Below, piece after piece: positions 51,054 to 60,200 of a stretch of DNA of 64,000 bases; the first letter of the stretch is position 1; each line of letters begins with the position of its first letter. This DNA comes from an uncultured bacterium (GTDB lineage: Bacteria; Patescibacteriota; Andersenbacteria; UBA10190; CAIZMI01). The notes beneath the pieces were generated by a model, which was not told where the DNA came from, searched no databases, and worked only from the letters and a program-made list of their open reading frames with translations. The stretch is taken from contig CAIZMI010000015.1 in the NCBI GenBank assembly GCA_903934015.1, positions 424 to 64,423 of the forward strand. Direction: 5' to 3'. The position numbers were made by a program, and so were the translations under genes.

Positions 51054-53477
51054 CTAGTTAGTCGCTTTTGGAGTGGGGGTTGTTGTGGTGGATTTCAGTT
51101 GCACCGAGTACACTCTCGTCTCATCCAGTACGTATAGCATGTCCTCTTTACTGCTGATCGCGATGTCTCGTAGTTCTTTTGCGGATGGGAAGACTAATTG
51201 GTTGGTTAGATTGCCAACCGTATCGTAGACCAATACGCGTTTTTCGGCTTGGTCTAAAATGTATAAATGCTTGATTCCGTCGTAAATTAAGAGGCGCGAT
51301 GGTTTTACAATAGGAGTATTCGTAATTCCTTGTTTAAACTCGACTGGTTTGCCTTTTAACATTTTTACAATTTTACCGTCGTCCATAAGTAGATAAATGT
51401 AGCCATCAACGCCCATGCCAGTGGCGCGTTCGATTGATACTGTACTGTCGGTTAACCATGTATTTCCGCCGTCATATCCGGAGAGTGTTTTACTAAACCC
51501 ATATATCATTTTTTTGGCGGTTGAAAGCAAATAAAGACGGCTACCAAAAATACTTGCTGTGTCAATGTTTTTTATGTCGGCAGGCAATTTAACTTCTTGT
51601 TTAAGCAATTCAGAGCGTTGAGTGTCAAACATAGCAAGCCCGGGAGTGTCTGTGGTGAGAAGGATGGATTTTTCCGCGAAAAGTGGGGTAGCGCCACGGA
51701 AGTAGCCGATACCTTGGGATGTTTGTGAGGCAACCTTTGTTTCCTTGTTGTCTAAGTTAAGGCTGTAAATAGCGTTAGTGACCGGATCAAAGGTGAAGAT
51801 ATTGCGTTCAATATTAATCATTGCGGGTGTTTTTAGTGATCCTGCGATACTGGCAAAGTCTCCTGCCAAATTAGGCGTACTTATGCGGGTTACTTTTTCT
51901 ATTCGATCTTGAATTTCCTGGATAGAAACAATCAGTTTGTCTGATTCGTCTTTGTAGTATCCGCTAGCATTAACTTGATTTGCCATATTAAGCGCTTCTT
52001 GAAGGTCAATTTTGGCCTTTTGTTGGTTGTTGTAAATAAGGGCGGAGTCCGCATTGTCTTTTTTAACTCGCGCTTGTTCAAGCTGTTCGGCTACACCGCG
52101 AATTGCGGTATCTACTTTCTTTTTGTCGGATAAGGAGCGAACGCCAAAGACAAAAATGATGATGAAAATAATTACCACCCCAAGCAGGATTTTTGTTGTT
52201 TTAGGGGTGTTTTTGAAACTAAAAAGGGGCTTAATGATGTTGCGAGTTATTTTAAATATCGGCAAAATGAATCGCTTCAAAAAACTTTCTTTGACTATTG
52301 TTTCTTCCGAATAGCTTACGGTGTCGGAAATAAATTCAGTATCGGATGATTCATTTTCGTTTTCTAACGCAATTTCATCAATGTGGTCTTCTTCCGCATT
52401 TTCAATTTCTTGATTTTCTTCTGGGGCGCGGTTTTTTCGGGTATTGATTAAATTTTTTGTGCCTCGAGCGGTGGCGCTGGCCAAAGAGCCAGTTTTTTTC
52501 ATTGTCCACACAGAAGCCAAAGAAACCAGTGGAAAAAACTTTTCTCGGGTAAATTTCCAGGTAATTGATGTTATTTGTTTAATGATCCGGAGAAGTGTAG
52601 TCCAAAATGTGCGTTTGAGGGGGATAGGGCGACGAGTGCGAATTGTGCTCTGAGTGTTTTCTTCTTGTCGCGCAAGGTTTACTTTTTTTGGCATATTTAT
52701 GGGAACAGCCGGTGCGGGAAGTCTTTCCGGCAGTTTTGAAAATTGTAGTAGTAACAGAGCAAAGGCGGTATTTTCTCGAGCACTATCAAGAAGGGCACGA
52801 AGAGCACTAATAACTTCTTTTGGTGTTTTGCTGGAAACAGTGTGGTTTAGGCGTTCATTTGGAATTAGTTGCGATAGTTGTGGAGTGGCTAATAATAGAA
52901 CGTCGTTTTCTGCTACGGTGCCACTGGCAACACTGGTGAAAGCATGGTGAGGTCGTCGAAGGTTTGGGTCTGAAAGACCTTCGCCAATATCGGTAAGACG
53001 ACCTTTTCTGATAAGTAACAACTCCGCGTCTCCGACGCGACTAATATGGACGTTTTGTCCGGAAAAGGCGCAGGCGGCGGCATGGAAGTTTTCTACCCAA
53101 TCAATTTCTCCTTGTTGTACGTAGTCACTAAGGACATGGTTGGCTTGTTTTAGGGCTTCTTCGAGGCTGTCATACATGTTGCGATTTGGATCGCGGAAGT
53201 ATTCTTTGCGGATTGCGGTCGATACGGCGTCGGTGACTTCGGTTGCACGTTCAGAATGATTTATTGTTTCTAAAACAAGATAAAGAGACCCGAGTTTAGC
53301 TTCGGTTTCATCGGGGTCGTAAATGTAGGTATCGCACAAAACAGTGCTTGCCTCTTTGTCGCAGGTTACTAATTCCGCGGCATCAACAGATAGCATTTTT
53401 ATTTTGGTCGGTGGTCGTTGCGGGACATTTTCAATGTCCGCTTCATCCCGGCCGTAATCCTCTTCACTTTCTTCCAT
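51054..53477 (-). CDS. Large hypothetical membrane-anchored protein (N-terminal cytoplasmic domain, central TM, C-terminal beta-propeller/NHL-like region)
   Basis: 807 aa with one central TM (ILLGVVIIFIIIFVFGV). The N-terminal domain is loosely PP2C/SpoIIE-like but lacks the canonical motifs. Confidence 0.5.
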   Translation of the reverse strand: MEESEEDYGRDEADIENVPQRPPTKIKMLSVDAAELVTCDKEASTVLCDTYIYDPDETEAKLGSLYLVLETINHSERATEVTDAVSTAIRKEYFRDPNRNMYDSLEEALKQANHVLSDYVQQGEIDWVENFHAAACAFSGQNVHISRVGDAELLLIRKGRLTDIGEGLSDPNLRRPHHAFTSVASGTVAENDVLLLATPQLSQLIPNERLNHTVSSKTPKEVISALRALLDSARENTAFALLLLQFSKLPERLPAPAVPINMPKKVNLARQEENTQSTIRTRRPIPLKRTFWTTLLRIIKQITSITWKFTREKFFPLVSLASVWTMKKTGSLASATARGTKNLINTRKNRAPEENQEIENAEEDHIDEIALENENESSDTEFISDTVSYSEETIVKESFLKRFILPIFKITRNIIKPLFSFKNTPKTTKILLGVVIIFIIIFVFGVRSLSDKKKVDTAIRGVAEQLEQARVKKDNADSALIYNNQQKAKIDLQEALNMANQVNASGYYKDESDKLIVSIQEIQDRIEKVTRISTPNLAGDFASIAGSLKTPAMINIERNIFTFDPVTNAIYSLNLDNKETKVASQTSQGIGYFRGATPLFAEKSILLTTDTPGLAMFDTQRSELLKQEVKLPADIKNIDTASIFGSRLYLLSTAKKMIYGFSKTLSGYDGGNTWLTDSTVSIERATGMGVDGYIYLLMDDGKIVKMLKGKPVEFKQGITNTPIVKPSRLLIYDGIKHLYILDQAEKRVLVYDTVGNLTNQLVFPSAKELRDIAISSKEDMLYVLDETRVYSVQLKSTTTTPTPKATN

Positions 53478-53559
53478 ACGGTAAAGTATACAATTCTTAG
53501 TGAGGATATGCCATATCTGGAAATATCAGTCTTTATTTTTGGATCACAACCAAATGTTT

Positions 53560-53700
53560 GTTTATTGACCAAAAAAATTTTCAATTATCAATTTTGCAAT
53601 TTCCAAATAATTATCAATGATTAAATTATCAATAACTTTGTCGCACTTGAAAAATAAAGAATTGGTAATTATTTGATAATTGGTCATTGAAAATTGAAAA
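53560..53700. promoter_or_regulatory. AT-rich divergent promoter region with repeated AATTATCAAT / ATTGATAATT and TTGAAAATTGAA motifs
   Basis: At least 4 copies of aattatcaat. A 22-nt block (caatttccaaataattatcaat) is shared with 60096..60117. Confidence 0.45.
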
Positions 53701-53771
53701 TATACCAAATTTTGGAATCATGATCAGGTAAAAATTGTCACTTTACTTCTTGTGAAAAGCATCATAATATC

Positions 53772-54374
53772 TTGATATCTATGCCTATACCACTTGAACG
53801 TCTTTTTGGGTCCAGAACACGCGTAAAGTTGCTTTTTCTCTTTACTAATGGGATTCGTCGTCCATATTATGTCCGTGAACTAACCAGACTTACAAAAGAA
53901 CGCGTTAACTCGATTCGGCGCGAGGTGGAAAATTTACGGCGTATTGGCTTACTCACGACGCACGTGCGAAAAAGCAAGAAATATTATGCTGTAAACCCCA
54001 AATTTGCCTTATTGGAGGATTTGGCAAGATTGATGCATAAAACAGGTAAACCGCTTCAAGATCGGTTGTTCGAGGGTATTAAAAAAGTTGGTAACATCAA
54101 ATTAGTCTTACTTACCGGTCTTTTTTCGCAAAGTAAGACAGCGCCGACTGACTTATTGATTGTCGGTGACGTTAAGGAAGAAGTATTGAAAAATTTTGTT
54201 TTGGGGGTTGAGGAAGAACTAGGCTCGGAAATTAATTACACCTTAATGACCGAAACTGAGTATGAATATCGGAAAAATATGAATGATAATTTTTTGAAGG
54301 AAGTGTATGCAAGTAAGAATGTTGAACTACTGAACGCGCTCGCGCCAAATTTGCGAGTAAAGATCACTAAATAA
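53772..54374 (+). CDS. Hypothetical protein with an N-terminal winged-HTH-like domain
   Basis: RTRVKLLFLFTNGIRRPYYVRELTRLTKERVNSIRREVENLRRIGLL. Confidence 0.45.
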   Translation: MISMPIPLERLFGSRTRVKLLFLFTNGIRRPYYVRELTRLTKERVNSIRREVENLRRIGLLTTHVRKSKKYYAVNPKFALLEDLARLMHKTGKPLQDRLFEGIKKVGNIKLVLLTGLFSQSKTAPTDLLIVGDVKEEVLKNFVLGVEEELGSEINYTLMTETEYEYRKNMNDNFLKEVYASKNVELLNALAPNLRVKITK

Positions 54375-54379
54375 CCATA

Positions 54380-54556
54380 GGGTTTGGTAATAAATAAACG
54401 CTCCATCTTATGTCCACTCCATCTCTGACTACAAGCATTTCTCAATCAAAAATCTTTCAACGTACGTACAGTACGTCTCAATATTTTGTTCAATCAAAAC
54501 ACTCGTATTCAGAGCGTATTGAACAAAATATGGAGTGTTTATTTATTACCAAGCCC
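54380..54556. repeat. MITE-like ~180-bp element with TIRs (R10, copy 2)
   Basis: Left TIR gggtttggtaataaataaacgctcc, right TIR ggagtgtttatttattaccaagccc. The internal core ttctcaatcaaaaatctttcaacgta...attttgttcaatcaaa is shared with copy 1. Confidence 0.75.
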
Positions 54557-54704
54557 TAATCTTTTGAACGAGACGCAGTTTCTCTCTCCCGGCAACCTCG
54601 CGCAAGAGCCTTATAAAATTTGTATCACGTCTTTTTTGGCTCGTTTTTTGAGGGTGGTAGGTTTTTTTGTTGATCACAAAAAGGCTGTTGGGCTTTCACG
54701 CTTA

Positions 54705-55670
54705 ATGGAGAAAAATGTTGAAATATTTCTGCCGTTTTTTAATTGGTTCAATATAAAATCGGAGATTCGACAAGAGGTTGTAAATGAATTTAAAAAAACT
54801 CTGGAGGGGTACGGAATGACTGATTTAAGGTCTTTTCATGGTGGTTACGCCGGTCAGGGTTTTTTGCTGTCACGTTTTTTCATGAACCCCGGTGATCCTC
54901 GAATTCTTAAGCAAAATATTCGAAATATGCAACGGGAAATTAATTTGTTGGGGGAGTTAAGAAAGGTTTTTAAGATTGAGCATCCGATCATTTACGTTTT
55001 GCATTGTGGGCGAAGAGAGAAGGGTATTGGAAGGGAAGAGTCAATTCAGGCGACTGTTTCTTCTATTAAGTCGGTAATGGGGGACGCGCTTACTGCTGGA
55101 GTGTGTATTTCACTTGAAAATACCTATTCACATCCGGGTGAAGAAGAAATTGGTACATTTTTTGGAAGTTTAAAAGACGTTCTATCGCAGATTGGCGTGG
55201 AGTGGATTGAGCGTGGTGTGCTTGGTTGTACGCTTGATCCAGCGCATGCCTTGCTGACTTATAGTGGCAATTATGATGCTCTGGAAAAGGATTTGGCGGA
55301 ACTGCTACCTTGGTTTGTGCATATTCATGTTAATCACCCGCGAACAGCAAGAAATAAGACCGGAGAGCTATTTTCGGAGTGGAGCTTGGGAGATGATAAT
55401 CACAATGCGCCGGTAAAAATTCCTAACAGAACACGGTATTGGTCTTTGCTTGGGAAAGTGATTGCCAATAGCAAAATTTCATCATGGCGCACGATTACCT
55501 ATGAAGTAAACTGGGCGGTTCCGATTTTGCGAGCGATCTTTGGCGGGAGTCCGTTGAATGAAGTAAGGGTTGGTTGGGAAGCATTAGAAAGGTTCTGTAA
55601 TCATCCCACGGAAAGGTTTGACGTGCCGGCAATCGAACGCTATATTGACGCGGAACTGGGGAAGAATTAG
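54705..55670 (+). CDS. Xylose-isomerase-like TIM-barrel / AP-endonuclease-family-2-like protein (start uncertain)
   Basis: The ORF-track start at 54486 lies inside the R10 element, so the internal Met (MEKNVEIF) is chosen. Motifs ISLENTYSHPGEE and LDPAHALL resemble the sugar-phosphate isomerase/epimerase fold. Confidence 0.4.
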   Translation: MEKNVEIFLPFFNWFNIKSEIRQEVVNEFKKTLEGYGMTDLRSFHGGYAGQGFLLSRFFMNPGDPRILKQNIRNMQREINLLGELRKVFKIEHPIIYVLHCGRREKGIGREESIQATVSSIKSVMGDALTAGVCISLENTYSHPGEEEIGTFFGSLKDVLSQIGVEWIERGVLGCTLDPAHALLTYSGNYDALEKDLAELLPWFVHIHVNHPRTARNKTGELFSEWSLGDDNHNAPVKIPNRTRYWSLLGKVIANSKISSWRTITYEVNWAVPILRAIFGGSPLNEVRVGWEALERFCNHPTERFDVPAIERYIDAELGKN

Positions 55671-55782
55671 GGCGCATAGCTCAGTGGTAGAGCGTTGCAT
55701 TCACATTGCAAAGGTCGAAGGTTCGCCCACGCACCATAAAGGTGCGGGGCGCCCAGTACCCAACGTGGTACTGGGCGATACC
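55670..55782 (+). pseudogene. Truncated tRNA-Val 5' fragment (nt 1-56) with a 52-nt two-hairpin insertion in the T-loop and no 3' acceptor strand
   Basis: 55670..55725 is identical to the first 56 nt of the tRNA-Val at 55825. It is followed by cccacgcaccataaaggtgcgggg and the perfect 11-bp hairpin cgcccagtacc-caacgt-ggtactgggcg, then atacc and an A-run. Confidence 0.7.
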
Positions 55783-55824
55783 AAAAAAATGTATTTTAGA
55801 AAATTAATGAGTTTATAATTTTTC

Positions 55825-55896
55825 GGGCGCATAGCTCAGTGGTAGAGCGTTGCATTCACATTGCAAAGGTCGAAGGTTCGATACCTTCTGCGCCCA
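55825..55896 (+). tRNA. tRNA-Val (anticodon CAC)
   Basis: gggcgcatagctcagtggtagagcgttgcattCACattgcaaaggtcgaaggttcgataccttctgcgccca. Perfect acceptor and T stems. Confidence 0.9.
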
Positions 55897-55912
55897 CTAA
55901 AAAATAATAACC

Positions 55913-56500
55913 ATGGCATCAATTAAAAAGAACGATTGGTCGGAATATTTTCAAATTACCAAAAACAATCCCCCTTCAAAACTTCTCGTCAAAGCTCTTA
56001 AATATGTTGTCAATAAGGGCAAGGCGATTGATGTCGGTGCCGGGGCATTGAAAGATACACGTTTTTTAGTAGAGAATGGCTTTGATGTAATAGCTGTTGA
56101 TAAATCGGATCTAATGGCAAAAGAAGCGAAGGAGATAAAATCGGAAAATCTTCATTACTTTGTTTCTTCGTTTGCTGATTTTGAGTTTCCAAAAAACGAA
56201 TACGATATTGCTTCGGCCATGTATGCTTTGCCGTTTAATTCGCCGGAAAGTTTTGATCTTGTTTTTACAAAAATAAAAAGTTCGCTTGTAAAGGGTGGTA
56301 TATTTTGTGGGCAATTCTTCGGTGTTCACGATGCGTGGAGTGATGATAAAATGATGACTTTTCACAACAAAGAACAGGTAGAAAAATTACTTTCAGGCAT
56401 GGAGGTAATTTTGTTTGACGAAGAAGAGAAAGACGATAAAACCGCCAACGGTACGCCAAAGCATTGGCATCTTTTTTACGTTATCGCTAAGAAATTTTAA
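55913..56500 (+). CDS. Class I SAM-dependent methyltransferase (TehB-like)
   Basis: KAIDVGAGALKDTRFLVENGFDVIAVDKSDLM glycine-rich SAM motif. Confidence 0.65.
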   Translation: MASIKKNDWSEYFQITKNNPPSKLLVKALKYVVNKGKAIDVGAGALKDTRFLVENGFDVIAVDKSDLMAKEAKEIKSENLHYFVSSFADFEFPKNEYDIASAMYALPFNSPESFDLVFTKIKSSLVKGGIFCGQFFGVHDAWSDDKMMTFHNKEQVEKLLSGMEVILFDEEEKDDKTANGTPKHWHLFYVIAKKF

Positions 56501-56560
56501 GTGCTATAATATGCCCATGAACTACAGTCAAATTATCAAGCGCAGTTGGAAAAAATGGAG
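56498..56560 (+). promoter_or_regulatory. Shared promoter / leaderless-start module (copy 1): TGCTATAAT 6-7 nt before ATGAACTAC-GTCAAATTATCAAGCGCAGTTGG
   Basis: Near-identical to 57638..57700. The -10 box ends ~7 nt before the ATG, which predicts a leaderless transcript. Confidence 0.55.
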
Positions 56561-57635
56561 TATTTTATTTGTTGTTTTGTTAATAATTTGTGGTGGTGTT
56601 TTATTAAGTAAGATGAATCAGCAAAGGAATAAGACTAAAGTAGCTGTTCCGGTGCTTATTTATACGCAAGAAATTGAAAGTGCAGAGAATGAATATCTTA
56701 GGCCAACGGTAAATATTATGCGAAAAATGGGTGATGCTAAACCGGAAAAATTGGCTGAGATTGAAGGTAGCGGGTATCCAGAAGTTGGGCTTAGTCCTGA
56801 TAAAAAAGATCTGTTAATCAATCTGGGAAGCAAATTGCAGGTTCTAAACTTAAAAACAAAAGAACTAAGCGATTTATTTATTCCCAAATTACGCGTTGTG
56901 AGCGCGTCATATTCGTCGGATGGGAAGCAATTGTTTATTTGGGATCAAGATTTGACTGACTTTCTTGAAGTTGATAAGTATTTTGTCCATCGGTTTACAT
57001 TGTCAAACCGTAAAGATGAAGTTATTAATCAGGGAAGCACGAATCTATTTGCGGGGAGGGTTTGGCGCGATGATGGAAAAGTGGTTCTGATGAGGCCACT
57101 CGGTAGCGCAGCACACTTGTATTTTTATGATTTAGCAAACAATTCAATTTCACGAACAGTTGGAGATCCAGGATTCGGTGATGTCAGTACAAGCGGAAAA
57201 CGCATGGCGGTCGCGAAAAATACTATTGGGGATGTATGTAATGGGTATGGTGGTGACGCGGTAAACGCATATGATATTATTGATCCTGTTTCTGGTGAAA
57301 TTGTTGGTAGTATTGGTGTCGCCGATAATCATGTGGATGTTGTTGCGTTTTCTCCTGATGATCGGGAAGTTTTGTATTACAGTGAAAAATTATGGGAAAA
57401 TTCAAGTGATTGTGGAAAAAATGCTCAAAAATCATATTTTAAAAAAGACATTTCGACAAATACAATTTCTTCGGTGGCTGATCCAATGCAGATATTGTCG
57501 GCTTGGAACAGCGGTGGTTTTTTATCAACACAGGAAAAAGATCCCGATAGCTCTATGTGGACACTAAAATTTAATAATCAAGCTATTTTAACGTCGGATA
57601 TGGATATAAGAGTAATTGCTGAGTATTATCAGTAA
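56511..57635 (+). CDS. Hypothetical secreted beta-propeller protein (TolB/WD40-like repeats)
   Basis: N-terminus MPMNYSQIIKRSWKKWSILFVVLLIICGGVLLS (signal anchor). Repeats resemble WD40-like beta-propeller. Start may be 56517. Confidence 0.55.
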   Translation: MPMNYSQIIKRSWKKWSILFVVLLIICGGVLLSKMNQQRNKTKVAVPVLIYTQEIESAENEYLRPTVNIMRKMGDAKPEKLAEIEGSGYPEVGLSPDKKDLLINLGSKLQVLNLKTKELSDLFIPKLRVVSASYSSDGKQLFIWDQDLTDFLEVDKYFVHRFTLSNRKDEVINQGSTNLFAGRVWRDDGKVVLMRPLGSAAHLYFYDLANNSISRTVGDPGFGDVSTSGKRMAVAKNTIGDVCNGYGGDAVNAYDIIDPVSGEIVGSIGVADNHVDVVAFSPDDREVLYYSEKLWENSSDCGKNAQKSYFKKDISTNTISSVADPMQILSAWNSGGFLSTQEKDPDSSMWTLKFNNQAILTSDMDIRVIAEYYQ

Positions 57636-57637
57636 AA

Positions 57638-57700
57638 TCTGCTATAATATCCTCATGAACTACGGTCAAATTATCAAGCGCAGTTGGGAGATTCTTAAAA
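57638..57700 (+). promoter_or_regulatory. Shared promoter / leaderless-start module (copy 2)
   Basis: ctgctataatatcctcATGAACTACGGTCAAATTATCAAGCGCAGTTGG. Confidence 0.55.
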
Positions 57701-58674
57701 ACAACAAGTTTCTGTGGGGATTAGGTATTCTTGCGGGGTTGGTTTCGGGGGGTGGTGGGGTGCCCTCGTTTAATTTTCCTTCCAATTTTCAATCTGCTCA
57801 ACCAACACCCGCGACTATACAGACTTGGCCAACAGTCAGTCCGGCAAGTGGTGATGCTAATCTTTCAATGGCAAATGTTGGGCGTGTGCTTGGTGAGGTT
57901 GTGGATAGGAGCGGGGATGCGGTTAAAAGTCCTATTTCAGCAACGACAATTTCAATAATTGTTTTGTGTGTCGTATTTGGAATAATTATTGGCTTAGTTA
58001 TTTTGTATTTTGGTACTTCCGCCCAGGCGGGTTTAATTTTGGCTGTGGATAAGTTGGAAACAACAAGTGAAAAAATGGGCTTTAAAAAGGCGCTTAATGA
58101 GGGGAAAAAGTATTTTTGGCGTATTTTTGGCGCGGGGTTGTTGTACTCGGCTTATGTTCTGATTTTTCTGGTTATCTGCGGGGCGTTGATTGGTATAGCA
58201 ATATTGCTAAATAATACGGTTGCAACCGTTGTGATTATACTGCTTGGCGTAGTTTTGGTTATTGCGTTTTTGGTGTCTTGTCTTTATTTGGTGGTACTTT
58301 ATTTGTTTGTCACTCAAATTATCGTTTTGGAAAATTTGGGTCCGATTGAGGCGCTTAAAAAAGCACACATATTGGTAAAAAACAATTGGCGTGATGTGTT
58401 GATTAGTTGGGTGATAATGATGGGAATTGGCTTTGTGGTTGGACTTGCGCTTGTTCTTGCCCTTTTGATTGTTGGTGCAATTTTGGCGCTTGTCGGTTTT
58501 GGTGTTTATGGATTGACAGGAGTGGTTGGTACGGTAATTTACGGTATCATTTTTGGAATTATTTTGTTTGTTGTGCTGTTGGTTGTTAGAGGTTTTATTA
58601 CGGCATATATGTCGATTTTTACTACTTTGGTATATCGTGCGCTATACTATATTCAAGCACAAAAAGCGGTTTAA
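57655..58674 (+). CDS. Hypothetical polytopic membrane protein
   Basis: N-terminus MNYGQIIKRSWEILK is shared with the upstream gene. About 7 TM helices. Confidence 0.55.
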   Translation: MNYGQIIKRSWEILKNNKFLWGLGILAGLVSGGGGVPSFNFPSNFQSAQPTPATIQTWPTVSPASGDANLSMANVGRVLGEVVDRSGDAVKSPISATTISIIVLCVVFGIIIGLVILYFGTSAQAGLILAVDKLETTSEKMGFKKALNEGKKYFWRIFGAGLLYSAYVLIFLVICGALIGIAILLNNTVATVVIILLGVVLVIAFLVSCLYLVVLYLFVTQIIVLENLGPIEALKKAHILVKNNWRDVLISWVIMMGIGFVVGLALVLALLIVGAILALVGFGVYGLTGVVGTVIYGIIFGIILFVVLLVVRGFITAYMSIFTTLVYRALYYIQAQKAV

Positions 58675-58694
58675 TTAATTTTAACAATAAAACA

Positions 58695-59180
58695 ATGGAA
58701 AACAATCAAGAGCAAGTTCCGGTACAACCACCTGTTACGGCACAAGCACCAGTTGGGGTTAATTCGGTAGGTACAAGTGGTGTTGATGGGCCAAATGGAC
58801 CGTTTCCGGCCGAATTAAATCACTGGAATTGGGGTGCGTTTTTACTTAGCTGGATCTGGGCAATCGGTAATCATGTCTGGATTGGCTTGTTGGTTTTGCT
58901 TTCCTTTATTCCTGTTATCGGTGGAATAATTGCCTTGGTAATGGTTATTATGTTGGGCATCAAAGGTAATGAATGGGCTTGGAAAGCGAAGAAATGGGAC
59001 AGTGTTGAGCATTTCAAAACAGTGCAAAAAAAGTGGGCCAAGTGGGGCGTTATTTTGCTGATTGTGGGGATTGTAGTTGGAATTCTCGTGGCGGTTGCCG
59101 TGATTGCGTTATTGGCTAAGGTTGCAACTGAAGCGCCAGGTATGATTCAACAGTTTGATGCAAACATTCCACAACAATAA
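58695..59180 (+). CDS. Hypothetical membrane protein
   Basis: Pro/Gly-rich N-terminus and three hydrophobic helices. A terminator follows. Confidence 0.5.
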   Translation: MENNQEQVPVQPPVTAQAPVGVNSVGTSGVDGPNGPFPAELNHWNWGAFLLSWIWAIGNHVWIGLLVLLSFIPVIGGIIALVMVIMLGIKGNEWAWKAKKWDSVEHFKTVQKKWAKWGVILLIVGIVVGILVAVAVIALLAKVATEAPGMIQQFDANIPQQ

Positions 59181-59206
59181 AATTGATAATTATCAAAAAA
59201 TAAAAC

Positions 59207-59236
59207 GTTATCCCTGTCATAAGCAGGGATTCGTTT
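59207..59236 (+). terminator. Rho-independent terminator
   Basis: atccctgtcataagcagggat followed by tcgtttttt. Confidence 0.6.
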
Positions 59237-59270
59237 TTTAATGGTTGATAAATTAGTGATTTAATTTGAT

Positions 59271-59304
59271 TAGGGTCCGACCTTTAAAAAGGTCGGACCC
59301 TAAT
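59271..59304. repeat. Palindromic hairpin with a GTCCGACC core (copy 2)
   Basis: ttagggtccgacctttaaaaaggtcggaccctaa. Compare 38813..38847. Confidence 0.65.
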
Positions 59305-59348
59305 GCGTATTATTCGCCAGTTTCCGCTTTTACCCTTATCCTTTTTCT

Positions 59349-60047
59349 ATGACCGAAATTACATTACAGCCGAATGAGGGGAAGAAGTTGGAGCGATTAG
59401 TGGCCGGGGAAAATTATCTCCGATTCCCGATTAAAACTCATGTTATTAAATCAACGGATAATATTGAAGAAATTGCAAAACAGTATTTGGCCCCTTTGAT
59501 TCAAGCGGGCGATATGGTGGCGATTTCAGAAAAAGTTGTAGCGATAACTCAAGGTCGTTCATATCCAATCAAAGATATTCATCCATCATGGTTGGCAAAA
59601 TTGTTAGTGATGTTTGTCTTTAAACCAAAATGGGGGATTGGATTAGGGAGTCCGTGGACAATGGAACTGGCTTTGAGGGAGGCTGGAGCACCACGAATCC
59701 TCTTTGCTGCATTGGTTTCGGCTCTAACAAAGCCGTTTGGTGTGCGTGGTGTGTTTTATCGTGTGGCAGGAAAGAATATCAATGCCATTGATGGGCCTAC
59801 GCCATACACATTGCCACCGTACAATGAGTATGCAAAATTAGCCCCGAAAGATCCGGACAAGGTGGCGCAAAAGTTGTCTGAATTACTAAAAGTTGGCGTA
59901 GCAATTATTGATGCCAATGATATCGGCGTGAATGTGCTGGGGGTGTCAAATGGTGTTGATATGGGATTGATAAACGAATTGTTTAAGGATAACCCGCTGG
60001 GACAGACAACAGAACAGACACCACTGTGTATAATTAGAAAGAAGTAG
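59349..60047 (+). CDS. CofE-like (F420-0:gamma-glutamyl ligase family) protein
   Basis: GDMVAISEKVVAITQGR and the downstream conserved core of the CofE/F420 ligase-like fold. Tentative. Confidence 0.4.
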   Translation: MTEITLQPNEGKKLERLVAGENYLRFPIKTHVIKSTDNIEEIAKQYLAPLIQAGDMVAISEKVVAITQGRSYPIKDIHPSWLAKLLVMFVFKPKWGIGLGSPWTMELALREAGAPRILFAALVSALTKPFGVRGVFYRVAGKNINAIDGPTPYTLPPYNEYAKLAPKDPDKVAQKLSELLKVGVAIIDANDIGVNVLGVSNGVDMGLINELFKDNPLGQTTEQTPLCIIRKK

Positions 60048-60080
60048 AAATACGTTTTTTTTGAAGGCAAGTGAAATCTT

Positions 60081-60200
60081 GTCTTATCAAAATTGGCTTT
60101 CAATTTTCAAATAATTATCAATTATCAAAACTGCATTATTGTTTGAAAATTGAAGTTTGAACATTACTTGAAAATTGTAAAATTGATAATTGAAAATTTA
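60081..60200. promoter_or_regulatory. AT-rich region with AATTATCAATTATCAA, AAATTGATAATTGAAAAT and TTGAAAATTGAA motifs upstream of the mraZ cluster
   Basis: Shares motif content and a 22-nt block with 53560..53700. Confidence 0.45.

Noticed and set aside
54486-54704. ORF-track start of the TIM-barrel gene at 54486
   Set aside because: The first 70 codons are encoded by the MITE-like R10 element, which has a homolog at 32334..32512 that is clearly non-coding. An internal start was preferred, although the true start remains uncertain.
55670-55896. tRNA-Val fragment plus intact copy as attL/attR of an integrated element
   Set aside because: The duplicated part is the 5' portion, not the 3' end. 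The copies are only ~100 bp apart, and no integrase or recombinase gene is present in the window.
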